DNA of 64,000 nt from Lachnospiraceae bacterium (GTDB taxonomy: Bacteria; Bacillota; Clostridia; Lachnospirales; Lachnospiraceae), in the NCBI GenBank assembly GCA_017437965.1, contig JAFRWN010000121.1:10836-74835 (forward strand), read 5' to 3'. The translations under genes were made by a program, and so were the position numbers. How positions within the stretch are numbered: the first letter of the stretch is position 1; each line of letters starts with the position of its first letter. The notes under the pieces were generated by a model, which ran no database searches, was not told where the DNA came from, and saw only the letters and a program-made list of their open reading frames with translations. Shown in pieces: positions 10,236 through 20,623 of the stretch.

Positions 10236-11087
10236 TTACTGTCTTCGATATGCCAGTGGTGAAATACCGAAATGCCGTTTGAAAAGCTTCGAGAAGTGGT
10301 ACATATCTTCATATCCGACCTTCTGGGCTATCTCCCTGATGCTCTTTGTACTGTCGGAATCGAGCATTTCCTTTGCCTTTTCAAGCCTTATCCTTATCAG
10401 GTAGTTAATCGGCGAATCCCCTGTTTTTTCCTTGAATATTTTGGAAATATATACCGGGCTCAGATACATGTTCGTTGCAATCTGGTCAAGCGAGATCCTC
10501 TGGTCATAATTTTCATTCAGAAAATCAATGATCTTCCTGGTTACATAACTTTTGGAATATGATGAAAAGCTTGTTCCCTGAAAATCGTTCTTGACATCAC
10601 CCTGGATCGCACGGAATATAAGCACGAGCATTCTGATCACAAGAGCTTTTATTATATAGTACCGTCCGGGCTCAGCCCTGTCATTCTCTTCTATGATATC
10701 ATAGCAGCAACGTGAAATTTCCCTTCTGTGTTCCGGAGAAAACCTCAGGATTGCGGATCCGTCCTGAAGCTCGATGCGGTTTCTTCCCATGCCGGCAAAA
10801 TGCACATCACTGAATCCGCAGATAAATTCTATCGTCGGATTGTCACGGTCAATAATTATGTTCTGGTGCTCGTCACCGGGGTTACATATGACAAGGTCAC
10901 CCTGATGCACATCATATTCCTTTGAATTGACCATGTATCTGCCGTTACCCGACAGTATGAATGCCAGTTCAATATTGTTGCTGTGATGATGGACCTGCTC
11001 GTTCCTTGAATCATGAACGCGGCTGCAATACCATATCGAAGGGTTCAGTTCCTCCACCGTAATGTCCTGAAACATGTTGTCTGCCAT
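10236..11087 (-). CDS. AraC-family transcriptional regulator (cupin + HTH)
   Basis: C-terminal AraC HTH (ISLDQIATNMYLSPVYISKIFKEKTGDSPINYLIRIRLEKAKEML...HFSKLFKRHFGISPLAYR). Start placed at MADNMF, which has GGAAGG upstream. Confidence 0.8.
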   Translation of the reverse strand: MADNMFQDITVEELNPSIWYCSRVHDSRNEQVHHHSNNIELAFILSGNGRYMVNSKEYDVHQGDLVICNPGDEHQNIIIDRDNPTIEFICGFSDVHFAGMGRNRIELQDGSAILRFSPEHRREISRCCYDIIEENDRAEPGRYYIIKALVIRMLVLIFRAIQGDVKNDFQGTSFSSYSKSYVTRKIIDFLNENYDQRISLDQIATNMYLSPVYISKIFKEKTGDSPINYLIRIRLEKAKEMLDSDSTKSIREIAQKVGYEDMYHFSKLFKRHFGISPLAYRRQ

Positions 11088-11120
11088 AATAAATACCTTC
11101 CTTTTCCTATCCTTACCCAA

Positions 11121-11801
11121 TCAGTGATTAATATTTTCTATCTGCCAGTCTATTTCCTTTACTCCGTTTTTTTTCAGAAATTCATTTGCCTTGCTGAAGG
11201 GCCTGCTGCCGAAAAAGCCTCTGTAAACCGAAAGAGGACTCGGATGCGGTGCCTCGAGTATCAGGTGCTTCGGATTGTCGAGCATCGCCTTCTTCTTCCT
11301 TGCGGGCGATCCCCAGAGCATGAACACTATCGGCCTGTCCTCGCAGTTTACCGCAGAAATCACCGCATCGGTAAACTGCTCCCAGCCATGTCCCGCATGT
11401 GACGCCGCCTGATGTGCCCTTACCGTAAGCACTGTGTTTAAAAGAAGCACGCCCTGCTCTGCCCATTTTGTAAGGCAGCCGTTGTCCGGAATATATGTTC
11501 CGATATCATCGTGCATTTCCTTGTAAATATTCACAAGTGACGGCGGGATTTCAATACCCGGCTGCACGGAAAACGAAAGCCCGTGTGCCTGGCCCACATT
11601 GTGGTACGGATCCTGCCCGAGTATAACCACCTTGACCTCAGACAGAGGCGTCAGATGGAAAGCGTTGAAAATATCATCCGCCTTCGGAAATATCTGTTTT
11701 GTATTATATTCTTCCCTTACGAAGTTGTAGAGCTCCTTATAGTAGGGCTTTTTGAATTCGGCTCCTATCGCGGGAAGCCAGTCATTTGCTATCGCACTCA
11801 T
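11121..11801 (-). CDS. ung: uracil-DNA glycosylase
   Basis: Family-1 UDG motifs [10 protein letters not shown] and EAPHPSPLS. 4-nt overlap with the hisF stop. Confidence 0.9.
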   Translation of the reverse strand: MSAIANDWLPAIGAEFKKPYYKELYNFVREEYNTKQIFPKADDIFNAFHLTPLSEVKVVILGQDPYHNVGQAHGLSFSVQPGIEIPPSLVNIYKEMHDDIGTYIPDNGCLTKWAEQGVLLLNTVLTVRAHQAASHAGHGWEQFTDAVISAVNCEDRPIVFMLWGSPARKKKAMLDNPKHLILEAPHPSPLSVYRGFFGSRPFSKANEFLKKNGVKEIDWQIENINH

Positions 11802-12559
11802 AACCTCACGCTTACGCCCTTGTTTCTTAAATATTCCTTTACTTCTCTGATCTCCAGCTCTTTGTAGTGGAAAAGGCTTGCAGCAAGCGCCGCATCAGCC
11901 TTGCCTTCTGTCAGGGCTTCATAGAAATGTTCACATGTTCCCGCGCCGCCCGAAGCTATTACGGGCACTGAAACATTTTCAGAAATTATCCTTGTAAGCT
12001 CGATATCATAGCCGTTCTTGGTTCCGTCGCAGTCCATGCTTGTAAGCAGAAGCTCGCCTGCGCCAAGCTCAACAGCCTTTATCGCCCACTCAACCGCGTC
12101 AATTCCCATGTCGATCCTGCCACCGTTTTTGTAGATATTCCAGCCGCTGCCGTCCTCTCTTCTTTTGGCGTCTATCGCACATACAACGCACTGGCTTCCG
12201 AATTTGTCGGCAGCTTCCGAGATCAGTGTCGGATTCATTATCGCAGCAGAGTTTACGGCAACCTTGTCGGCGCCCTCACGGAGTATCATCCTGAAGTCGT
12301 CAACCGTGCGGATTCCTCCGCCTACCGTAAACGGGATGAAAACCGTCTCCGCAACGCGTCTTACCATTTCCTTCTTGATCGTCCTGGCATCTGAGGATGC
12401 AGTAATATCAAGGAAAACAAGCTCATCGGCGCCGGCCTCACCATAGGCTGCGCCTACCTCAACCGGATCTCCGGCATCCCTGAGGTCCACAAAATTTATT
12501 CCTTTTACGACCCTGCCGTCCTTTACGTCAAGACAGGGGATTATTCTTTTTGTAAACAT
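11798..12559 (-). CDS. hisF: imidazole glycerol phosphate synthase, cyclase subunit
   Basis: [20 protein letters not shown]...; ends SGGAG...[11 protein letters not shown] lies 1 nt after the hisH stop. Confidence 0.93.
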   Translation of the reverse strand: MFTKRIIPCLDVKDGRVVKGINFVDLRDAGDPVEVGAAYGEAGADELVFLDITASSDARTIKKEMVRRVAETVFIPFTVGGGIRTVDDFRMILREGADKVAVNSAAIMNPTLISEAADKFGSQCVVCAIDAKRREDGSGWNIYKNGGRIDMGIDAVEWAIKAVELGAGELLLTSMDCDGTKNGYDIELTRIISENVSVPVIASGGAGTCEHFYEALTEGKADAALAASLFHYKELEIREVKEYLRNKGVSVRL

Positions 12560-12560
12560 A

Positions 12561-13166
12561 TTAAATCTCCGCAAAATTCTTCAAAATCCTGAGTCCGACA
12601 TCTCCGCTCTTTTCGGGATGGAACTGGGTTGCATAGATGTTGCCCGACTCGACAGCCGCATGAATAAGCGTTCCGTATTCGGTCGTCGCAGCCACATCGC
12701 TTTTATTTTCAGCCTGCAGATAGTAGGAATGGACAAAATAAACATAAGGATGCTCTCCTGTTCCCGAAAGCAGCCTGCTTCCCTCCGTGACAGTAAGGTC
12801 GTTCCAGCCGATATGCGGGATCTTAAGCCCCTCGGCATCCGGAATCCTTACAATCTTTCCGGGAAGAAGCGAAAGTCCCTTTACCCCGGGGCTTTCCTCG
12901 GAACTGTCAAAAATCAGCTGTAGGCCCAAACATATGCCAAGGAAGGGCTTTCCAAGTGAAACAGCCTCCTTTATCACACTTACCAGCCCATAGTTCTCAA
13001 GCTTTCCCATCGCATCGCCGAAGGCTCCTACTCCGGGAAGCACTATTTTGTCCGCAGAAAGTATCTCGGAAGGCTCCCTTGTAAGCCTGACCTCACAGCC
13101 GAGCTTTTCAAAAGCCTTCAGCACGCTTGCTATATTACCTGCATCATAATCAATTATCGCTATCAT
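12561..13166 (-). CDS. hisH: imidazole glycerol phosphate synthase, glutaminase subunit
   Basis: [15 protein letters not shown]...LPGVGAFG...GICLGLQ...FHPEKS. Confidence 0.93.
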   Translation of the reverse strand: MIAIIDYDAGNIASVLKAFEKLGCEVRLTREPSEILSADKIVLPGVGAFGDAMGKLENYGLVSVIKEAVSLGKPFLGICLGLQLIFDSSEESPGVKGLSLLPGKIVRIPDAEGLKIPHIGWNDLTVTEGSRLLSGTGEHPYVYFVHSYYLQAENKSDVAATTEYGTLIHAAVESGNIYATQFHPEKSGDVGLRILKNFAEI

Positions 13167-14688
13167 TTTCTTTCACTTCCTTATCTGAAATACGGCTGTC
13201 TGCCATGCAGTCAAAATCCGCCCAGAACTCAACGCCGTCATCTATGTTTCTGACGCCGCAGTCACGATGGTGAAGCTCCATTATCGCCTTGACTATTGAA
13301 AGACCGATTCCGCTGCCGCCGTACTCCCTGGTCCTTGCCTTGTCAACCTTGAAGAATTTTTCCCATACCTTAGGAATATTCTCATCATCAATGTGGCTTC
13401 CGGAATTGTATACCGCAAAGCGAAGTGCATTTCCGGTCTCCTTAAGGCTTACCTTTATGATATTTTCACCTGCCACATAATGGTAGGCATTGCTTATATA
13501 ATTCGTGATGACCTCCTCGGTCATATATTCATCGGCATAGACAAAATGTGTAGTAACTGCATCAAACTCCACCTTTATCTCCCGGCCTTCTGCAAGTACC
13601 TCGGACGCCGCGAGCACACCGCTTATCATCTTTGTAATGTCAAACCTGCTGATTTCAAGCTGGTCCTCACCATATTCCAGCTTGTTTAATGAGAGTATCT
13701 TTTTTACCAGGGTGTTCATTTTCACAGCCTCGTCCATGATGACGTCGCAGTAGAAATCCCTGCTCTCCGGATCGTCATTTACACCCTCTTTTAAGCCTTC
13801 CGCATAGCCCTGGATTATCGCAATGGGGGTCTTCAGCTCATGTGAAACATTACCGAGGAAATCCCTCCTCATCTCATCGAGCTTTTCCCTCTTTTCAAGG
13901 TCTACCTGCAGCTCGGAATTGGCTTTCTTGAGATCCAGTATGTTCCTTTCGAGGCTCTCTGAAAGTATATTGAGGCTCTTTGCGAGCTGTCCTATCTCGT
14001 TTGCGGAATTCACCTCCGCCTTGGCCTCGAAATCGAGGTCTGCCATCTTCTTTGCAACCTCGTTCATAACAAGTATAGGCTTTGTGAACCGTCTGAGGAA
14101 GATTATGATAACAATAGCCTCAATAAGTATAATGAAAATACCGACATAGGCATAGAAATTGTTTGCGACCTTTGCCGCACGCTCAACACTCGCATAGTTC
14201 ATCCTGACAAGACAATATATGCCGTTATTAAGTTTTCCGACAAGATCATAGTTTACCGTATCATAGTACTCATCCTCGGTCCTGAAAATCCTGACACCAT
14301 TTTCTTCCTTTACCAGATCGGAATTTTTCGCATTCGAGTCCTCTCCCGTAAATATATAGGAGCTCAGCGAATCCACGAGCTTTTTGTTGTTTCCGTCAGA
14401 ACTGTATACCGCAAGCTTACCCATGGCATCAAGAAGACAGATATCGAAGTTATAGTTGGCACTCATCCTGTCCAGCTCTTCCTTTATCGTTCCCTCGGAA
14501 ATGAAGGTCCGGCTTCCCAGCCTGTCATCTATCCTGTCGAATATCTCCTCCAGATTGCCCATCTGGCGGTTCCGGTAATATGTTTTCAGCAAGAGGTTCG
14601 AAACCAGTATGCTTATAAGAATGCAGCTTGCCATCAGTGCCACAAACACCAAGGCAAACTGCATTCTAAAAGAATTCTTTAATTTCAT
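13150..14688 (-). CDS. sensor histidine kinase (TM-HAMP-HisKA-HATPase)
   Basis: H-box FLGNVSHELKTPI, N-box NYISNAYHY, G-boxes GGSGIGLSIVK. Two TM segments flank an extracellular loop. Confidence 0.85.
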   Translation of the reverse strand: MKLKNSFRMQFALVFVALMASCILISILVSNLLLKTYYRNRQMGNLEEIFDRIDDRLGSRTFISEGTIKEELDRMSANYNFDICLLDAMGKLAVYSSDGNNKKLVDSLSSYIFTGEDSNAKNSDLVKEENGVRIFRTEDEYYDTVNYDLVGKLNNGIYCLVRMNYASVERAAKVANNFYAYVGIFIILIEAIVIIIFLRRFTKPILVMNEVAKKMADLDFEAKAEVNSANEIGQLAKSLNILSESLERNILDLKKANSELQVDLEKREKLDEMRRDFLGNVSHELKTPIAIIQGYAEGLKEGVNDDPESRDFYCDVIMDEAVKMNTLVKKILSLNKLEYGEDQLEISRFDITKMISGVLAASEVLAEGREIKVEFDAVTTHFVYADEYMTEEVITNYISNAYHYVAGENIIKVSLKETGNALRFAVYNSGSHIDDENIPKVWEKFFKVDKARTREYGGSGIGLSIVKAIMELHHRDCGVRNIDDGVEFWADFDCMADSRISDKEVKENDSDN

Positions 14689-14691
14689 ATT

Positions 14692-15369
14692 TTACTTTTC
14701 CGGCTCAAACTTGTAGCCATAACCCCAGATGGTCTTGATATATTCGCCCTTCTCGCCAAGCTTTGAACGCAGCTTCTTGACATGGGTATCTATCGTGCGG
14801 GCATCGCCCACATATTCATAATTCCATACGTTGTTGAGTATCTTTTCCCTCGAAAGCGCAACGCCCTTGTTTTCCACAAAGAAGGTTAAGAGCTCGAATT
14901 CCTTTACGGAAAGCTCGATAAGTTCGCCGTCAACCTTTACCTCATGGGCACGCTTGTCGATCAGAATACCGTATACCTCAACAGGCTCGGCATCTGCGGC
15001 TACCGTTCTCCTCATCAGGGCATCTATCCTTGCCACAATGACCTTGGGGCTTGTGGTCTTGGAAATGAAATCATCCGCCTTAAGCTCAAAGCCGGTAAGC
15101 TCATTCTTCTCATCATCCTTTGCGGTCAGCATGACCACGGGAGTGTCGGAATACTGTCTGATGGACTTTAAAACATCCCAGCCGTCAAGCTTCGGCATCA
15201 TCACATCAAGCAGCACCAGTGCGATGTCCTTGTCCTTAAAAAATTTTTCAAGCGCCTCCTCACCGTCGGCCGCCTCGATTATCACATAGCCTGCTTTGCC
15301 GAGGAAGTCCTTAAGGAGCTTTCTTATCCTGAGTTCATCATCAACCACCAATATTTTCAATGCGTCCAT
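14692..15369 (-). CDS. OmpR-family response regulator
   Basis: Receiver domain (ILVVDDE...LLDVMMPKLDG) plus a winged-helix output (TIDTHVKKLRSKLG...IKTIWGYGYKF). Confidence 0.9.
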   Translation of the reverse strand: MDALKILVVDDELRIRKLLKDFLGKAGYVIIEAADGEEALEKFFKDKDIALVLLDVMMPKLDGWDVLKSIRQYSDTPVVMLTAKDDEKNELTGFELKADDFISKTTSPKVIVARIDALMRRTVAADAEPVEVYGILIDKRAHEVKVDGELIELSVKEFELLTFFVENKGVALSREKILNNVWNYEYVGDARTIDTHVKKLRSKLGEKGEYIKTIWGYGYKFEPEK

Positions 15370-15377
15370 GCTGCCTC

Positions 15378-16151
15378 CTAAACATACTTGTAAACCGTAA
15401 TTTTCTTTATATAAATATCCTGTTTTCCCTCTGCCGCGTCTGCCTCAACAGCATCCAGCACATCAAAGCCTTTAAATACCTGGCCAAAGACGGTATTGTG
15501 ACCATATATCCACGGCGCGCCGCCATATTCCAGAAATCTTGCCAGCTCCTTATCCTCAAGCTCGGTACCGTAGGTATCCGCAAGATACTGCTTAAGACTG
15601 ATGCCGTAACGCTCGTTAAGCGGGTCATCAAGCTTTTTTATCGTATCCGCAGCCGTTGTCACAAAGAAAAACTGCTGCGCATTTGTACCGTTTTTGCCCT
15701 GGTTTGCCATGCAGAGTGCACCTCTTGTGGGTACCAGGCGGTCGCTTATCTCATTTGTGAAACCGCCTCCCCAGATGCTTTCTTCCTTTGTATCTTCTGT
15801 AAGAGGCTTTCCGCCCTGAACATAATAATCCTTTACAGCCTTTGAGATCAGGGAACCGGTATAGTCTCCCTTTTCCGCCTTTTTTCTGAAATTTTCTACT
15901 GCTCCCGGAGCATCCTCGTCAAAGAGCCTTACATAAATATGGCCATAGTCAAGAATGAAAATATCGGCACAAAGCTGGCCTTCCACGGGATAACGGTATT
16001 GATAATAGTCCTGCGCCGCATCGGACAGGGTCTTCTCCTTAAGGTCATTTCCCTCGGGAGCATAGACATCCTTCTTATTCTTTCCGCAGGAACAGGTCAA
16101 AAGGCAGATGATAAGGCAAAAGCAAAGGAAATGTTTCTTTATTTTCCTCAT
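15378..16151 (-). CDS. cyclophilin-type peptidyl-prolyl isomerase, lipoprotein
   Basis: Lipobox LLTCSC. Cyclophilin-like VKDYYVQGG, ALCMANQGKNGTNAQQFFF, HNTVFGQVFKGFDVLD. Confidence 0.8.
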   Translation of the reverse strand: MRKIKKHFLCFCLIICLLTCSCGKNKKDVYAPEGNDLKEKTLSDAAQDYYQYRYPVEGQLCADIFILDYGHIYVRLFDEDAPGAVENFRKKAEKGDYTGSLISKAVKDYYVQGGKPLTEDTKEESIWGGGFTNEISDRLVPTRGALCMANQGKNGTNAQQFFFVTTAADTIKKLDDPLNERYGISLKQYLADTYGTELEDKELARFLEYGGAPWIYGHNTVFGQVFKGFDVLDAVEADAAEGKQDIYIKKITVYKYV

Positions 16152-16171
16152 AAACTTCCCCTTCGGGCCTG

Positions 16172-17284
16172 TCAGATCACGCTGAATTTGTAAATAGTTA
16201 CCGAATCAAAAGGCTCGCCTGCCGCATATACTGATTTCGGGAATGAAGGCACATTGCAGGCATTGGGAAAATGCTGGGTTTCGAAGCATACGCCCTGCCA
16301 GAAATCATATTTTGCGCCGTCCTTCATCTCTTCGGGGGGATTCACCCAGTTGCCGGTGTAAAAATGCATGCCGGGAAGATCGGTGAACACCTCGAGTTTT
16401 CTTCCGCTCTTTTCGCTTACGCAGCTTGCCACAAGCTCGACCTCATCCTTGTCACAATCAATGTCAAGCACAAAATTGTGATCATACCCGTGCTGCTTCT
16501 TTATAGGTTCATAAGGACATTCATCGAAATTATGCTCGCCGAGTTCGGCCTTTTTTTCGCAGAACGGACGGATGTAATCTCCGATTTCCTTGGGTTTTGT
16601 GAAGTCCATCGGAGTACCCTTTACTTCCATGATCTTTCCGTCAGGCACATTATTAGGTCCTGCCGGAGTAAAGGCATTTGCCTTTATCCATACCTTATGG
16701 TCAAGCACATTTCCGGATGCATGGCCGTTCAGATTGAAGTAGGCATGGTTTGTAAGATTGATCGCGGTAGCCTTGTCGGAAACCGCATAATACTCAATTA
16801 TCAGCTCATCATCGTCGGTCAGGGTGTAGGTCACGCTCACATCGAGATTTCCGGGCCAACCCTGCTCACCGTCGGGTGAAAGTCTTGAAAATTCAAGGCT
16901 GTCCTCGCCTTCCTCACCGTAGGCCTCAACCTCGTAAAAGTATTTATTGTAGGATCTGTTGCCGGAATGAAGGGTCTTTCCTCCGTCATTATCCTCTAAG
17001 ATTACTTCCTTTCCGTCGATCACGGTCTTAGCTCCGTCAACACGGTTGCAGACACGTCCCATCAGGCCTCCGAAATTGTCAACCGTGGTCTCATAGCCCT
17101 TTACCGAAGGAAAGCTCAGGCAGATATCGTCAAACTTTCCGTCCCTGTCCGGTGTTTTTATTGAAATGATCGCTGCACCGAAGTCTGTTATCGAAACACT
17201 CACGCCATTTTTGTTGGTCATGGTGTAAAGTGTTGCCTTCTCACCTCCGGCTGTCTTTCCGAAGCTCTCTTTTCTGATGCTCAT
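16172..17284 (-). CDS. galM: aldose 1-epimerase (galactose mutarotase)
   Basis: Mutarotase signatures GGLMGRVCNRV, TLHSG, NLTNHAYFNL, GVCFETQHFPN. Confidence 0.85.
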   Translation of the reverse strand: MSIRKESFGKTAGGEKATLYTMTNKNGVSVSITDFGAAIISIKTPDRDGKFDDICLSFPSVKGYETTVDNFGGLMGRVCNRVDGAKTVIDGKEVILEDNDGGKTLHSGNRSYNKYFYEVEAYGEEGEDSLEFSRLSPDGEQGWPGNLDVSVTYTLTDDDELIIEYYAVSDKATAINLTNHAYFNLNGHASGNVLDHKVWIKANAFTPAGPNNVPDGKIMEVKGTPMDFTKPKEIGDYIRPFCEKKAELGEHNFDECPYEPIKKQHGYDHNFVLDIDCDKDEVELVASCVSEKSGRKLEVFTDLPGMHFYTGNWVNPPEEMKDGAKYDFWQGVCFETQHFPNACNVPSFPKSVYAAGEPFDSVTIYKFSVI

Positions 17285-17345
17285 GAATTATTCTCCTGTG
17301 TTTTTACTTGGTCTTTCGAACCTAATCTTCTCATTCTGTTAAATT

Positions 17346-17654
17346 TTATCTTCTTAAGATCTGAACAACACACAATGCCACCATCATCAGCTGGAACACA
17401 AGTATTGCGGGCATTCCGACGGTGAACTTTGTGTGCTTGGTTTTGTGTCTGAAAACCTTCATTCCGAGGATAGACCCCACCGAGCCGCCGATCGCAGCCA
17501 CAATGAACAAGGTTTTCTCCGGTATGCGCCACTTATTCTTTTCTGCCTTTTTCTTGTCGATTCCCATCAGGGCAAAGCCCAGGATATTTACAATCACAAG
17601 GTAGGTAAGTCCCAGCATACCGGGATGGTCTTTATAAAAATCAATAATCTGCAT
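17346..17654 (-). CDS. DUF1294-family small membrane protein
   Basis: MGIDKKKAEKNKWRIPEKTLFIVAAIGGSVGSILGMKVFRHKTKHTKF matches my recollection of the DUF1294 core. Confidence 0.7.
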   Translation of the reverse strand: MQIIDFYKDHPGMLGLTYLVIVNILGFALMGIDKKKAEKNKWRIPEKTLFIVAAIGGSVGSILGMKVFRHKTKHTKFTVGMPAILVFQLMMVALCVVQILRR

Positions 17655-17660
17655 AAAGGA

Positions 17661-19454
17661 TTATTCCTCTTCAACCGGTACCGTCTTAAGATACAGTTCC
17701 TCGAGCTGCTTCTCGTCAACCACATCCGGTGCGTTGCACATCAGATCGCTCGCATCCTTTACCTTCGGGAACGCAATAACCTCACGGATATTGTCGGTAC
17801 CGCTAAGCAGCATTACAAGTCTGTCAAGACCGTAGGCCAGTCCTGCATGAGGCGGAACACCGTACTTGAATGCGGTAAGAAGGAATCCGAAACGCTCCAT
17901 TGCCTGCTCTTTGGTAAATCCGAGTACCTCAAACATCTTCTCCTGAACATCGTCAAGATGGATTCTGACCGAACCACCGCCTGCTTCATAACCGTTGATA
18001 ACAATATCATAGGCTTTTGCGCGGACCGAGCCGGGATCGGAATCGATGTTGCCCCAGTCCTCCTCCATCGGCATGGTGAAGGGATGATGCATAGCCTTGA
18101 AACGGTTCTCCTCATCCGACCACTCAAGAAGCGGGAAATCAATCACCCAGAGCAGGTTGAATTTGTTTTTATCAATCAGTTCAAGTGCCTCGGCGAGCTC
18201 ACATCTGAGCTGTCCAAGCACATTCCATACAATTTTGTTGCTGTCCGAAACGAAGAACATCATATCGCCCGGCTCAGCCTGCATTTTTTCAGCAATAGCC
18301 TTCAGCTCGTCCTCTGTCATGAACTTAGCAAAAGAGGATTTGAAGCTGCCATCGGGAAGAAGTGCAAGATATGCAAGGCCCTTTGCGCCACTGCCCTTTG
18401 CCATATCGGTCCATGCATCAATTTTCTTTCTCGGCATCTCAGCCTGGCCTTTGATTGTTATACCGCGAACTGAACCACCGGCTGCGATAGCGCCTGTAAA
18501 TACAGCAAAACCACAATCCTTGACAACGTCCGAAATGTCGATAAGTTCCATTCCGAATCTTGTATCCGGCTTGTCCGAACCGAAGCGGTCCATTGCCTCC
18601 TGCCAGCTCATGCGGGGCAGGGGAAGCGTGATATCATAGTCGATGCACTCCTTGAAAACCTTTTTAAGAAGTCTTTCATTAACATCCAGTACATCATCGA
18701 TGTCCACAAACGAAAGTTCCATATCTATCTGGGTGAACTCGGGCTGACGGTCTGCACGAAGGTCCTCATCACGGAAGCACTTCGCGATCTGGAAATATCT
18801 GTCATAGCCCGAAACCATCAGTAACTGTTTGAAAAGCTGGGGTGACTGTGGAAGCGCATAGAAGGTTCCCGGATGCACACGGCTCGGTACAAGATAATCC
18901 CTGGCGCCCTCCGGAGTTGACTTGCAAAGTACCGGAGTCTCAATCTCAAGAAAGCCCTCGTCGCAAAGGAAGTCACGGACAACTCTCATTACTTTTGAAC
19001 GCAGCATGATCTTGTTCTGAATGTCGGGACGGCGGAGGTCAAGATAACGGTACTTGAGCCTCAGTTCCTCCTTGGTCTTGGAATTTTCTTCAATAGGGAA
19101 AGGAAGAACGTCCGACTGGCTTAAGATTCTTAAGCTCTTCGCACGGAGCTCGATCTCACCTGTCGCAAGATTCTCGTTTACAGCGCCCGAACGCTTTTCG
19201 ATCACACCTGTAACTGCAAGCACATCCTCACTTCTTATTCCGCTTGCCTTCTCAAAGAACTCACTGCCGCAGTCCTTCTCCTCAAAGATTACCTGAAGAA
19301 GTCCGGTACGGTCACGGAGATCCACAAAAACGATTCCGCCTTTATTTCTGCTTTTATTGGTCCAGCCCATCATTGTGACGGTCTCACCGATATTTTTACT
19401 GTTAACCTCTGCACATCGATACGATCTGTGCAGACCTTTCATGCTCTCTGCCAT
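17661..19454 (-). CDS. aspS: aspartate--tRNA ligase
   Basis: 597 aa with class IIb motifs (FVDLRDRTG, CFRDEDLRADRQPEFTQID, GGGSVRIH, GLDRLVMLL). Confidence 0.95.
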   Translation of the reverse strand: MAESMKGLHRSYRCAEVNSKNIGETVTMMGWTNKSRNKGGIVFVDLRDRTGLLQVIFEEKDCGSEFFEKASGIRSEDVLAVTGVIEKRSGAVNENLATGEIELRAKSLRILSQSDVLPFPIEENSKTKEELRLKYRYLDLRRPDIQNKIMLRSKVMRVVRDFLCDEGFLEIETPVLCKSTPEGARDYLVPSRVHPGTFYALPQSPQLFKQLLMVSGYDRYFQIAKCFRDEDLRADRQPEFTQIDMELSFVDIDDVLDVNERLLKKVFKECIDYDITLPLPRMSWQEAMDRFGSDKPDTRFGMELIDISDVVKDCGFAVFTGAIAAGGSVRGITIKGQAEMPRKKIDAWTDMAKGSGAKGLAYLALLPDGSFKSSFAKFMTEDELKAIAEKMQAEPGDMMFFVSDSNKIVWNVLGQLRCELAEALELIDKNKFNLLWVIDFPLLEWSDEENRFKAMHHPFTMPMEEDWGNIDSDPGSVRAKAYDIVINGYEAGGGSVRIHLDDVQEKMFEVLGFTKEQAMERFGFLLTAFKYGVPPHAGLAYGLDRLVMLLSGTDNIREVIAFPKVKDASDLMCNAPDVVDEKQLEELYLKTVPVEEE

Positions 19455-19513
19455 GAAAAATTGCCTCTCTTTCTTTATTTCTGCTCAAAAATGGTCCTAA
19501 AACACCATGCTTA

Positions 19514-19542
19514 ATGATACCACATTCCCAAAAAACTTTCAA
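19514..19542 (-). promoter_or_regulatory. promoter for aspS (extended -10)
   Basis: Minus strand has TTGAAA (19537-19542), a 17-nt spacer, then TGgTATCAT (19514-19522). Confidence 0.5.
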
Positions 19543-19553
19543 TATTTTTTATT

Positions 19554-19587
19554 TTCTGGTGCAATTTTGGTGCACCTGCCGTGATAC
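19554..19587 (+). promoter_or_regulatory. conserved motif, copy A (tandem GGTGCA 11-mers + CGTG); candidate promoter or operator
   Basis: TTCTGGTGCAATTTTGGTGCACCTGCCGTGATAC matches 36628-36662 at about 24 of 28 aligned core positions. Confidence 0.4.
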
Positions 19588-19620
19588 CGGAACGACTATA
19601 AGGATAGTCTGAACAAATTC

Positions 19621-19899
19621 TTGCCCGAGCCTGAGCAGGCCGTCAACCTCCCCTTCGATCTTAACACCCTGATAACAAGTGGGGAAAAGTATCATATCAA
19701 CGCCGATAACAAGGAAAAAGCAACCCTTGAAAACCTGAAGGATGTCCCCCTTGAAGGAAGCAGCATGGCAAACAGCTTATCCCACTTAGGTCTGGTGAAC
19801 ACTTTTGTTCAGAACGATATCAACGGGCACGCCAAAAGCTTTAACGATACTGCAAACGAAATTAAGAAGAACGTGGCACCGAAAGTAAAGGCAAAATAA
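19621..19899 (+). CDS. hypothetical protein (start uncertain: TTG at 19621 or ATG at 19765)
   Basis: ORF track only. There is no convincing SD at the TTG. The internal ATG has GAAGGA upstream. A hairpin CTGGGGGTTAACCCTCAG plus T-rich run follows at about 19926-19956. Confidence 0.3.
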   Translation: MPEPEQAVNLPFDLNTLITSGEKYHINADNKEKATLENLKDVPLEGSSMANSLSHLGLVNTFVQNDINGHAKSFNDTANEIKKNVAPKVKAK

Positions 19900-19952
19900 T
19901 CAAAGCAGATGATAAAAAAACAAGACTGGGGGTTAACCCTCAGCCTTAGTTG

Positions 19953-19983
19953 TTTTGTGACACGGGGACGTATCCGGTGTCAC
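19953..19983. repeat. 31-nt repeat, copy R1 (TTTTGTGACAC-N13-GTGTCAC)
   Basis: TTTTGTGACACGGGGACGTATCCGGTGTCAC lies 4 nt 3' of the ABC ATPase stop. It matches 22556-22586 at 27 of 31 positions. Confidence 0.7.
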
Positions 19984-19987
19984 GCTG

Positions 19988-20623
19988 TTACAATGAACGG
20001 GAAGTAATCCTCCCGTGCTCCATTGTATATACCATGTCACACAGTATGCCGATATCTTCCTTCGAATGCGAGGCCATCAGTATGGTGCCTCCGTTCTTCT
20101 TATACTCCAGGAAAAATGTCCTCATCTCCTCAAGTCCTTCAACATCAAGCCCGTTAAACGGTTCGTCAAGAACCAGCAGCTTCGGGTTCTCCATTATCGC
20201 CTGCGCGATCCCCAGACGTTGCCTCATACCGAGCGAATATTTTCTGACGGATTTCTTCATATCGGGGTCAAGCCCGACCTTTCTCATGGCTTCCCTGATT
20301 TCATCCCGTCCTATCTTCGAATTGATGCCTGCAAGTATCTTCAGGTTTTTATAGCCGCTGTATGCCGGGATGAATCCGGGCGTTTCAATGATCAAGCCGA
20401 GAGATTCCGGAAAATCACAGTCCTTTCCGATATGTTTCCCGTCCACACGGACCTCTCCCTTATCCGGTCTGATAAAGCCGCAGATACATTTCATCAGCAT
20501 AGTCTTGCCGCTCCCGTTGCGTCCGACAAGACCGCTTATCTTTCCCTTCTCGAAATGTACGTTTATATCATCCAGTATGTGGTTTTTATTCAAGGTAAGG
20601 TCAAGACCTCTGACATTTATCAT
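19988..20623 (-). CDS. ABC transporter ATP-binding protein (LanF-like, single NBD)
   Basis: Walker A GRNGSGKT, signature YSLGMRQR, Walker B LLVLDEP. Confidence 0.9.
   Translation of the reverse strand: MINVRGLDLTLNKNHILDDINVHFEKGKISGLVGRNGSGKTMLMKCICGFIRPDKGEVRVDGKHIGKDCDFPESLGLIIETPGFIPAYSGYKNLKILAGINSKIGRDEIREAMRKVGLDPDMKKSVRKYSLGMRQRLGIAQAIMENPKLLVLDEPFNGLDVEGLEEMRTFFLEYKKNGGTILMASHSKEDIGILCDMVYTMEHGRITSRSL

Noticed and set aside
17433-18473. 346-aa plus-strand ORF antisense to aspS. Similar long antisense ORFs are 20015-20986 (opposite the ABC genes), 33613-34377 (opposite relA) and 60924-61637 (opposite AraC).
   Set aside because: These are antisense shadow ORFs within well-supported genes. 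The translations have no recognisable motifs and skewed composition.
19554-19587. Sigma-54 (-24/-12) interpretation of the TGGTGCA…GGTGCAC motif
   Set aside because: The GG/GC spacing and order do not fit TGGCAC-N5-TTGCA on either strand. No sigma-54 gene or enhancer-binding protein is present in the window.
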